Assembly (NCBI GenBank): GCA_965240325.2 | Contig: OZ251223.1 | Span: forward strand, 2,170,001 to 2,234,000 | Length of the DNA stretch: 64,000 bases | Source: Rebecca billardiae RCC1528 | Lineage: Eukaryota > Protista > Haptophyta | Reading direction: 5' to 3' | Shown here: positions 55,225 to 64,000 of the stretch, in pieces | Layout: each line of letters opens with the position of its first letter | Position numbering within the stretch: position 1 is the stretch's first letter | Made by a program: the position numbers and the translations under genes | Notes under the pieces: model-generated | What the model saw: only the letters and a program-made list of their open reading frames with translations | Database searches by the model: none | Told to the model about the DNA's origin: nothing

Positions 55225-57780
55225 ATGGTCTCCCCCGCGATGCTCGCCGTGCTGCTGGGGCACTCGGCGCCCGACTCGCTTGGGCGCTCGACTGAGCGTG
55301 GGTTCACATGCGCTGCGGTGTACGAGCGCCAGCCTGAGCCGAGCATCGAGGTGCACTGGACGTTTGAGTCATCTGCACGGCACGACAGCTGCCACTACCA
55401 GAATCTCGTTGCGCGCAAGGTGCATCACGCGCTGCCGCCACTGTTGCGAGGCCACGGCAGAGAGCTCGCCATGGGTTGGTCCACATCGACTAAAGGTACC
55501 AAGACGTCCGCGTCCAAGGCGCGACAGCGCCCCCTCGGCGAGCCACCAAAGCCGCCCGAGCGCACGGCGTGCGGCAACAGATCCATCGCGCTCATGCTCG
55601 TCGCTCGCTTCGACAACAGCACCGCAGCGCTCGCAAGGAGCAAGGGGTGGTGGATCCTCTTCGGCCTCAGCGAGGCTGGGCGCATGCTCGGTGCGGACGT
55701 CGCCTACTACCAGTCGTCCACCGGCGCACTGATGGACGCGCACACGCGCGAGACGCCGCACCTCATCCCAGACGCGTGTGCGGACTGGCAGCTGCTCGGC
55801 GCCAAGGCCGAGCCCACGGCGGACGGCGGCCTCCGAGCGTACGTGCAGATGGTGCGCCGCGTGCGCTCGGACGACCGCACGCAGGACCGTGACTTTGAGA
55901 TCGACGGCGAGATGCCGTGGCTGCCGACCAAGGTAGTGCTGATGGCGGGCGTGGGCGCGTACTCGGCGGAGCACGCGCAGGCGCCGCCAGGCGGCGAGCA
56001 CGCGCACGGCCGCGACGCACTGATCGTGACGCAGCAGCGCTTCCACGCGCGCAACTGCGTGTACGACCCGCTCGCCAACCTCAAGGCCGACCCGAGCGTG
56101 CGCGTCGTCACGCTGGCGAGCCAGCACAAGCGCGTGCAGCGCATGACACAGGACTCGGCAGGCATGTACACGAACGTGTGCTTCGATGCAGAGGCGGTGT
56201 CGGGGCTGCTCAAGGGGCAGTCGGTGCACATCGTGGCGATCGACGCGCACATCGAGCCGAAGGAGAACGTGCGCGTGATCCACCACTTTGGCTTCAAGGG
56301 CTCCGAGGCCCCGTGCATCAAGAGGGTCAGCGATTTCTTCGCCGACGACCTCTGGTTCTGGACGAAGGGCGTTGGGCCGCTGATCACGCCCGCCGAGGCG
56401 GGGATCCGCGCGGGCGACAAGCACTACCGCTCGTTCACGCTGCAGGTGCGGCCGTGGCCCGCGACGCGCGCGCGTGCCGTCTGCTCCGCGCACCGCCCGG
56501 GCATCCGCGCGAGGCGCTCCGAGCACCAGCCCAAGGCTGTCAAGAGGGTGTGATGCCGTGTGGCACCAACCGGGCGCTGCCACCCACCAATGGACGCCCC
56601 GCATCCGCCCCGATGCCGTGCTGCGGCCCCCTCACGCCCGCGCGCGATCCCTCCCACAACTGCAGTTCCACTACGAGATCGCACCCGGCGAGGAGGTGTA
56701 CGACTCGTCCGGTGTCGACCTCTACGTGACGGACCAGCTGCGCAAGTACGACGTTGGCGTCCTCCAGCTCGGTGACCCGGCAGTGGCCTCCGTTGAGCTG
56801 CAGGTGGGCGCGGGGTTGAATCGCTTCACGTACGTGTGCCCGCCCAGGTGCACGATGGAGAAGGTGAAGGTGCCCGCGCTGCACATCTTCCGCCGCGAGC
56901 TGCACATGCACACCTACGGCGCGCACATGGTCACGACGCAGTACGACGCCAAGGGCCGCGTCAAGCGCGCGGACAGCATCGAGTACTTCGACTTTGGCGC
57001 GTCGTCCGCGCCCGAGGCACGCTCGGTGGGCGCCGGCTCGACGATCGAGCGCGGGGACTGGTGGACGGTGGACTGCACGTACCGCGTGCCCGAGCGAATC
57101 GCGCGGGAGAAGGAGCTGTCATTCGGCTTCAAGTCAGAGGCGGAGATGTGCATCGACTTCGTGCACTACGTGCGCGCAGCGCCCACGCCCTCGAGCGTGC
57201 CGCCCGCAAGCGTGCATTGGCTGAGCACGCCGCATGCCCATGTGCTCACGCGCTCCTGCCCACACGCGCGCGCGCGCGATGCTGTCGCACCTCGGGCGTG
57301 CATCGCCCCTCGCAGTACCCGAAGCAGCGCCAGTTGAACATGTGCGGCCCTTGGCAGACCTCCAGCAAGATGGTCATGCGGCACCCCAACATCGCCAACT
57401 ATGTCAGCGAGAGTATGCTCAAGCTGGCGAAGCGCATCCCGACCCTGAAGGCGCAGGGTGAGGCATCGATCGTCAAGGGCAACGCGATTACGTGCTATGG
57501 TCAGTTCAATGGCAGTCAGGCGCTGGAGCGCGAGGCCTACGAGCTGCGCAGGCATTTCGGGCAATCGTGCCCCCGAGCGTCAACAAGCTACGGCGTCCCG
57601 GCGGCAGCTCACCCCGTGAGACTACTGCCTGCAACAGGTATGCCCCGGCGGCACGACGGCCGTAATGCCACGAGCGCTGCCAGCATTTTGAGCATAAGTG
57701 CAGGTGATGGCAGCAGCAGCGCAGCATCGATTCATTCGAACGATGATCCTGATCGAATACCCAGCAGCCGCGTTGCCTGA
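55225..57780 (+). CDS. DOMON + copper type II monooxygenase (DBH/MOXD1-like); introns 56446-56665 and 57170-57315
   Basis: DOMON: WILFGLSEAGRMLGADV..LMDAH..PD..DWQLL. Cu ligands VIHH, LQ|FHY, LHMH and EAEMC..FVHY|YP; also DSSGV. Confidence 0.9.
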
Positions 57781-58298
57781 TCATGGTCCGACTGCCGGCG
57801 CGCTGCTGCGAGTCTATTCGCGTCCCATCTGAGGAGCAGCATCGCGCCGAGCGACAGGCAGAACGGGAGCCTCTTGTCCGCCGTGTGTCGTGGCCCTTCG
57901 ACCATGAGCACAGCCGGCAGCACAACCACTGCGATGGTGCCGCCGGTCGCGAGCGCGCGGTTCTGCCATCGTATCTCGATGCAGGGTGCCCGTTTGGTGG
58001 TCCGGCACAATTCCGATCCGCGCTGCAACCAGACAGACGCTCGCCGCGCGGCGTTCTCACGCGCGCGCAGGCCGGGCGTGGTGCTGCGGGTGGGCCAGTC
58101 ATTGCAGGGCACGCTCCGTGCTCAGACGTGCACGCGCGTCGTCAGGCTCTCCATCGCGCTCGCAGAGCGCCGTCGCTTGCGCCCCTGGCACCGCGTCGGG
58201 AGTTCGGCTGGCGACCGGCCGCGAGCCGGCAGGCGTGCCCAAACCAGGTTTCCAGCCCTGCGATCGGCAAACTGGCACCGGCCGGCCTGAGAGGTGCG

Positions 58299-59345
58299 AT
58301 GCTGGCAAGTGTGCTGCTGGTCGTCAGCATCGATGTGCCCCGCCCAGACGGCGTACGGGGCGATGCGCGCTTGCAGCCTCCGACTGATGCAGCGCGCGAT
58401 CTACGATCCACTCGTTTGAATCGCGCTGCGTGTACCAGTACGAGCAGATTTGGCGGTGAGGGTGTGGTGGTTGAGGACGCATTCCTCACTCCCCGACAGC
58501 GAGCATCGATTCGTAAAGTGTGCTTCAAGCCTTACGGCCGGCTGCTCAACACGAGCACTGGAGGCTCTGTCGTGTATGTCGAGGTGCCCAAGGCAGGCTC
58601 AACGACGTTCAAGAAGGAGCTCGGCGTGTATCGTCCTTACGCGGCCGCGGAGCGCTCGGCGCATCTATTGGAGACCAAAGGGCGCTCAGCCGAGGGTCTG
58701 CCCATCCCAGCGTTTGCCATCGTGCGTGAGCCGCTCTCACGCGCGCTCTCTGCGTGTGGCACAGTCCGTAAGCACTTGCACGGCAGATGCCGCCATCAGC
58801 AGAGCGCTCACAGGCGTTCCTGGGCGGAGGCGTGCGCCCAGCCATGGCTGCGCGAACGGAACGAGACTGCTGCTCTGGACGGCTATGTTGACTGGCTAAC
58901 CAGCGGCGACCTCGCTCGAGCGGCAGCTGCCCGGAGTGCAGCAAGGACCCTGCAGCTGGAGCTTATGCACGCCTTTTCACAGTCCTTCTTCCTGCTGGGT
59001 GTCTGCGCATGGCCCGCCATCGACGTTGTGCGACTTGACAGGCTTGAGGCGGGCCTCTCTGCATTTGAGGAGAAGCATGGTCGGCTGCTGCGCGCATCGA
59101 AGGCGCGAGAGCCCAGACCTTCCTTTGATGTCATCGCCGCGAAGAACGTCGACACCGGGGGGGTTACGAAGCTCTTCGACTTCGTCGGTCAAGGCGAAGT
59201 GACAGCTGTCAACCAGGGAGCAACCTCGTCAGGCGGAGGTGTGACAGCAGGCGGGCAGGCCGACACGCTACCAATGGCAGCAGCAATGCGGCGGCTGGCC
59301 GAGCACTATGGGCAAGACTACGCGTGCTTGGGGTTCCGCCGTTAG
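58299..59345 (+). CDS. Sulfotransferase family 2 (Golgi-type) protein
   Basis: 5'-[11 protein letters not shown], 3'-[16 protein letters not shown] and C-terminal Y.QDYACLGF; hydrophobic N-terminus. Confidence 0.82.
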   Translation: MLASVLLVVSIDVPRPDGVRGDARLQPPTDAARDLRSTRLNRAACTSTSRFGGEGVVVEDAFLTPRQRASIRKVCFKPYGRLLNTSTGGSVVYVEVPKAGSTTFKKELGVYRPYAAAERSAHLLETKGRSAEGLPIPAFAIVREPLSRALSACGTVRKHLHGRCRHQQSAHRRSWAEACAQPWLRERNETAALDGYVDWLTSGDLARAAAARSAARTLQLELMHAFSQSFFLLGVCAWPAIDVVRLDRLEAGLSAFEEKHGRLLRASKAREPRPSFDVIAAKNVDTGGVTKLFDFVGQGEVTAVNQGATSSGGGVTAGGQADTLPMAAAMRRLAEHYGQDYACLGFRR

Positions 59346-59456
59346 CTAACGGCGGACGGGAGCGGGGCCGGGCTGGAGCACCGCCTCGGCGCCTCGGCCT
59401 GGGGCACGCGGCGGCGACGGCAGATGCCGCCGCGGCCGAGCGCCTTCCGGAGCACT

Positions 59457-59580
<124 letters not shown>

Positions 59581-60361
59581 AGCACTTGATATATATATAG
59601 ATCATATATATATTTATTTATTTAACGACTTGGCAGCATCGGACAAGGCACAAGCGTCAGGCTCAGACTGTGCAACAGACACATAGAATGCGTCCGCGCC
59701 TTCCGTCCAGGTCAGACAGTGCGCCACCCGCAGCCCTGCCCCCCTACGGGAGCGGGGCTGGAATGGAGCACCGCCTCGGCCTGGGGCACGCGGCGGCGGC
59801 GGCGACGGCAGATGCCGCCGCGGCCGAGCGCCTTCCGGAGCACTTGGATGAGGGTGAGGTCGTAGTCGATGTCGCTGCCCGCCGACCTAGCGGCGAGTAG
59901 CTCCGGCAAGCGGCAGCCGCGGCTGTCGCCCCCGTGCGCCCGCGTGGGCGCCTGGATGAGGATGAGGTCGTAGTACGCGTCGCCGCGCGCCGGCCAAGCG
60001 GCGCGCAGCTGCAGAAGAGGGGCTTGGAGAGTGAGCGCGCCGCCTAGCGCGCCCTGGGCGATGAAGCAGATGAGGTTGTAGTCGATGTCGCAGCCCGGCC
60101 CGCCGGCGGGCTGCAGCAGATGCAGTAGTGCTTGATGCTGGGGAACCTCACTCAACCTGGCCCCCGGGCGCGTCACACCCCGCACCCCCTGCCCCACCTA
60201 GGGTGGAGCGCGGGGCACGCGGAGGAGGCCAGCGCCAAGGGCCAGATGGGTGCAGCGGCGTCCACACACATATATACATATATATATATATGTGTGTGTG
60301 TATATATATGTATGTATGTATGTATGTATATATATGTCGTATACATATCAATTATAACTAA

Positions 60362-62770
60362 TTAATTCACGACCGCACCACCACCGCCCAAGTCACGGGG
60401 AATGGCCTGCTGGACCTCGGCAAGCTGCTCGTCATCGAAGCCGAAGATGCGCATCGTGCTGCGCGGAGAGCCGCGCGCATCGCGCCGGTGCACGATAGAT
60501 GCGGTGACCGTCGACGGGACATTGCCGACGAACGTGTGCGCGCGCGCGCACAGCTCAGTGTCCACGTGCAGCCAGTCCTCGCGCGGCACGCGCGCGCGCG
60601 CGCCATCGCGGCCGTAGCGCAGGAGCACGGCGGCGGCCGAACCATTCGCCGGCGCGCCCGCGTCATGCAACTGCAGCAGCGCCTCGGCCAGCAGCTCTTC
60701 GAACAGCTCCGGACGCGGCGAGTCGGTGGCGAGCACGACGACGTGCGTGCGCGCGGCCGCAAGCGCGCGCTGCAGCTCTGAGACGACGGCGCGCAGCGGC
60801 GGGTAGCACACGGAGCGCGGCACGTCCCAGCCGTACGCGCGCTGGCCCTCCTCGGTGAGGCAGTGGTCGTGCAGCCGGTCCACGCCACGCCGGATGTGCG
60901 CGCACACGTACCGCTCGGCGCGAGCGTCTCTGAGCGCGCCCGCTGCCCACGCCGTCGCCTCGCGCTGCGCCCAGCGCGGCGGCTGCATGTGCGCGCGCAC
61001 GAAGCGCAGGGCCGAATCAAAGTTGAAGCGATCCATCGAGAGCCCGGCGTGCGGCGGCGCGTCGAAGGCGAGTGGCGCGGCCGCTTGCGCCGCCGTCTGC
61101 GAGCCGAGCCACGCGCGCCACCACTCGCGCACGGCCGCGCCCTCGTCTGCATTCGGCTCTTGGGTCGCGCGCGCACCGCGGCTGCGCACGCGGCGCACGC
61201 TCGTCTGCTGCTGCACAAAGTGCGGGAAGGGCGCCCATTCGGCCCGGGCGGCGTCGGCGTGCGCGGGCCCGAGCGCCATGGCCGACCCAAGGAAGCGCAC
61301 CTGCGCAGGCCGGCCGCCTTCGCACCGGCAAAGCAGCCTAGGAGACGCCGCGCCCGCGTCGGCCGTGCCCTCCACTGACGGATGGGCGCGCCAGTCTGCC
61401 ATCTCGACCACATCGAACGCAGCGGACAGGACCGAGACGTTGAGAGCGTGCGAGGTGGGCTGCCACGCCTCCGCGAACCCCGAGATGCGGGTCATGCGCA
61501 CGCCCGAGCGCACGTACACGCCGGGCAGCACGAGCGTGCGGCAGAGCAGCCGGCTGAGTGCGAGCGCGTGCGCCAGCGACGCCTGCACGTTGTGGAACTG
61601 ACCGCACGAGGCGAACAGCTGCCGGCGCCGCGCGACGTCAGCGCGCTGCTCAGAAGGCGGCAGCCTCGGGTCGGGCTGCGGGTCGTGGTAGCAGCCCTCC
61701 TCGAACGGGCTGACGAAGAGCAGCGGGCGCAGCGAGCGCTTGGCCGGGCATGACCACGCGCGCGCCTCGTCCGCTCCGCCCTCGGCCCGCGCCCCGTGGA
61801 GCAGTACAGGGGCCGGCAGCGCAAGCTCGGGCGGGTGTGGGGCGAGGGGCTGGGTGAGTGGGGCGGACGGCTCGCGCGGCGCGCGGGCGCTCGGCTCTTC
61901 CGCGCGTCCATCTGTCCCCGCCCACTCATCGACCACCGCGGCCACACCCGACTGTGCAGCCGGCGCCGCCTTGGCCGCCGCCGCCTCTGCCGCCGCGAGG
62001 GCGCTGAGCGAGGGTGGGTGCGCGGGCCGCAGCTCGACAGCGGCGCGCGCGTGCGCGAGCGCGGCGTCCAGCTCGCCCAGCTCGAGGGCTAGCCTCGCAA
62101 GCCGGGGGTGCACGTCCACGCAGAAATGGTCCTCCGCCAGCGCGCGTCGCAGAGCCTTTGCGCTCGCGCGCGTCTCGCCCGCATACGCGAGTGCGTCAGC
62201 GCGGGCGATGTGAAGCTCGCACCGATCCGGCGCGAGATTGGCGGCCTCGTCGAGCAGCTCGGCGGCTGCCGACCAGTCCGAAGCGTCGGCGCGATTGCGA
62301 GCGATCTCGGTCAGTGCCGACACAAGCCCCTCGCGCGCGGCATCCGCCTCGGCACCGCCGCGTCCAGCCACCGCCAGTGCGCGCCGCCAGCGCGCAGCCG
62401 CAGCATCCGCGTGTGGGGTCAGGCGTGCGAGCGCAGCGTGCGCGGCTGCGAGGGATGGCTCGAGCTCGAGCGCGTACTCAAGCGCTGCTTCCGCCTCGCG
62501 CAAGTGCTCGTCCCCGATGCCGACGCCGCCACTCGCCAGCGCCTCGCCTAGAAAATAAGCCGCCTGCGCCGAGCGCGGGTCTGCGGTGTGCGCGTCTGCA
62601 AAGCACGCACGCGCGGCTTGGAGCGCGCCGGCAGCCTGGAGCATGACGCCGCGTTGCACCCATTCCTCCGGAGACGTCGCAGCGGGCGCACCGCAGGGCG
62701 TCGCGCGTGCCACGCCGGTGCCGAGCGCGAGGGAGGCGAACCACAACGACGGCCGGCGAGTTGGCGCCAT
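60362..62770 (-). CDS. TPR repeats + O-fucosyltransferase (O-FucT/POFUT-like) domain, signal peptide
   Basis: N-terminal TPRs; CGQFHNVQ..LAHALALSRLLCRTLVLP, YVCAHIRRG, VVLATD and D..LCARAHTFVG..PSTVT motifs. Confidence 0.85.
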   Translation of the reverse strand: MAPTRRPSLWFASLALGTGVARATPCGAPAATSPEEWVQRGVMLQAAGALQAARACFADAHTADPRSAQAAYFLGEALASGGVGIGDEHLREAEAALEYALELEPSLAAAHAALARLTPHADAAAARWRRALAVAGRGGAEADAAREGLVSALTEIARNRADASDWSAAAELLDEAANLAPDRCELHIARADALAYAGETRASAKALRRALAEDHFCVDVHPRLARLALELGELDAALAHARAAVELRPAHPPSLSALAAAEAAAAKAAPAAQSGVAAVVDEWAGTDGRAEEPSARAPREPSAPLTQPLAPHPPELALPAPVLLHGARAEGGADEARAWSCPAKRSLRPLLFVSPFEEGCYHDPQPDPRLPPSEQRADVARRRQLFASCGQFHNVQASLAHALALSRLLCRTLVLPGVYVRSGVRMTRISGFAEAWQPTSHALNVSVLSAAFDVVEMADWRAHPSVEGTADAGAASPRLLCRCEGGRPAQVRFLGSAMALGPAHADAARAEWAPFPHFVQQQTSVRRVRSRGARATQEPNADEGAAVREWWRAWLGSQTAAQAAAPLAFDAPPHAGLSMDRFNFDSALRFVRAHMQPPRWAQREATAWAAGALRDARAERYVCAHIRRGVDRLHDHCLTEEGQRAYGWDVPRSVCYPPLRAVVSELQRALAAARTHVVVLATDSPRPELFEELLAEALLQLHDAGAPANGSAAAVLLRYGRDGARARVPREDWLHVDTELCARAHTFVGNVPSTVTASIVHRRDARGSPRSTMRIFGFDDEQLAEVQQAIPRDLGGGGAVVN

Positions 62771-62952
62771 CGTCGCGGGCCTTGGGCGGCGATCCTGCCG
62801 ACGACACAGCGTCCTGCGCCGGATTGACGGTTGGCCTGCCGCGATAAATTGACTGCGCTGGGGGCGGTTGCTCAGAACGTCCGCCAGTTTCGTCGTCGGA
62901 GCAGATTCCCGCCTTGAGGCGCGAACACACCGACGAATCAGTCCAGAACGAC

Positions 62953-63930
62953 ATGGCCGTCTCGTGTCTTCTCTCCATTTCCGTCGCCCTCGTGGCGTGG
63001 CACGGCGGTGCCACGCCGCGGGCCATGTCGTGCGTGTCCTCGCACGCGCGTATGACGTCCGTGGAGACGGCGCAGACGTCTGTCGAGGCACTCGCCGCCG
63101 CATGGAAGCTCGTGCGCCGCGAGGCGGATGCGCTCGAGGGCGCGCGGTACGAGATGCAGCCGACAGACCTGGCGAACGAGGCCGCTGTGTTCAAGGTGAC
63201 GGTCGTACGGAGCGTCGAGTCGCCTTCCATCGGAATCAGCCTCTTCGAGGCGGGCGCCGACGGCGACCTCGGCCTGGTCATCGTCGATGGCATCGTGGCA
63301 GGTTCGAATGCCGCGGCGCTCCCGGCCGGCTCTGTGCAGGAAGGCGACGTGCTCGTCGCGGCCGGCCTGCCGGGCAAGCCAAAGACGAGGACCGAAGGGC
63401 TCGCGTACGACGCAACGGTCAGTGTCCTTGCCGGCCTCGACCCGGCCGCCGGTGCCGTCGAGCTCGTGCTCAAGCGCGTGCGCCGCCGTCCCATGGTGGG
63501 GCTCACGCTTCAGTTCCCGCAGTCGGATGGTCGGCCCGACGCTCGCGTCGAGCTGCCGGCGGGGGCCAACCTGCGCCAGGCAATGCTCGCGCACGGCATC
63601 AAGCTGAACGACCCGCTCGCGCGGCGCTTCGACGCCGGTGTGGGCACCGGCGACTGCGGCGGCGAGGGATGCTGCTGCACGTGTGCCATGGAGGTCCTTG
63701 AGGGAGGCCAGCTGCTGAGCGCGCAGGGCACGCAGGAGGCGCAGATACTGCGCCGCTTCCCGCGCTGGCGGCTGGCGTGCAAGGCAGTGGTGGAGCGGCT
63801 CGAGGAGGATGCGGAGATGACGGTGCGTGTCACTCCGCGTGGCTGGGATGGCTTCTACGGTACGGAGGAGCGCGATGCGAACGGCAAGCAACTCATGCGC
63901 AAGGGCCAGAACTCTGACGAGCAGTATTAA
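62953..63930 (+). CDS. Plastid-targeted PDZ-like + 2Fe-2S ferredoxin-like protein
   Basis: PDZ-like IGISL...VIVDGIVAGSNAA...VQEGDVLVA. Ferredoxin GANLRQAML...DCGGEGCCCTCAMEV...WRLACKAVV. Confidence 0.85.
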   Translation: MAVSCLLSISVALVAWHGGATPRAMSCVSSHARMTSVETAQTSVEALAAAWKLVRREADALEGARYEMQPTDLANEAAVFKVTVVRSVESPSIGISLFEAGADGDLGLVIVDGIVAGSNAAALPAGSVQEGDVLVAAGLPGKPKTRTEGLAYDATVSVLAGLDPAAGAVELVLKRVRRRPMVGLTLQFPQSDGRPDARVELPAGANLRQAMLAHGIKLNDPLARRFDAGVGTGDCGGEGCCCTCAMEVLEGGQLLSAQGTQEAQILRRFPRWRLACKAVVERLEEDAEMTVRVTPRGWDGFYGTEERDANGKQLMRKGQNSDEQY

Positions 63931-64000
63931 GCTGCTAGCTTAGGCTGCTTAGGCGGGCTATATTTACTATATTGATTGACTGCTGCTCCGATACGCTACA

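Noticed and set aside
55496-55580. Possible extra intron in the monooxygenase gene
   Set aside because: An 85-bp removal would break the otherwise continuous frame.
57783-58298. Long N-terminal extension of the sulfotransferase ORF
   Set aside because: It starts 3 bp after the upstream stop and is non-conserved-looking; ATG 58299 gives a plausible signal anchor.

Overview
Very GC-rich, compact eukaryotic nuclear DNA. It has GT-AG introns with GTGCGY/GTACGC donors and YGCAG acceptors, plus several plastid- or secretory-targeted proteins. The style suggests a photosynthetic protist, probably a haptophyte of the Pavlovales type (inference only). I can support about 22 protein-coding genes, 16 of them in tight head-to-head pairs: eIF4E-like (partial), organellar valyl-tRNA synthetase, an H-NOX + TIR/HET-like fusion, a SAM-domain protein with an IQM/toxin-like C-terminus, a frameshifted bacterial-type SDR, DUF6817-like, EF-hand pyrophosphatase, TPR, a short hypothetical, LPA1-like, Sel1, KNS3/SPOT1-like, PsbP-like, a PHD-Tudor-split SET-AP2 chromatin protein, a membrane protein, ankyrin-FG-Rae1, NDUFAF6-like, SERGT1-like+ShKT, DOMON/copper monooxygenase, sulfotransferase, TPR-O-fucosyltransferase and PDZ-2Fe2S. 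Mobile DNA includes a young non-autonomous Ty1/copia element (two apparently identical 854-bp LTRs, GTCTA TSD) nested in a TAA-flanked TIR element family, a MITE, a foldback-like element, a ~593-bp tandem duplication and microsatellites. The best candidate for an undescribed system is the heme NO-sensor (H-NOX) fused to a TIR/HET-like domain that keeps the WCxxE motif, lying head-to-head with the SAM/toxin-like gene. All domain calls come from motifs recognised by eye; no searches were run.
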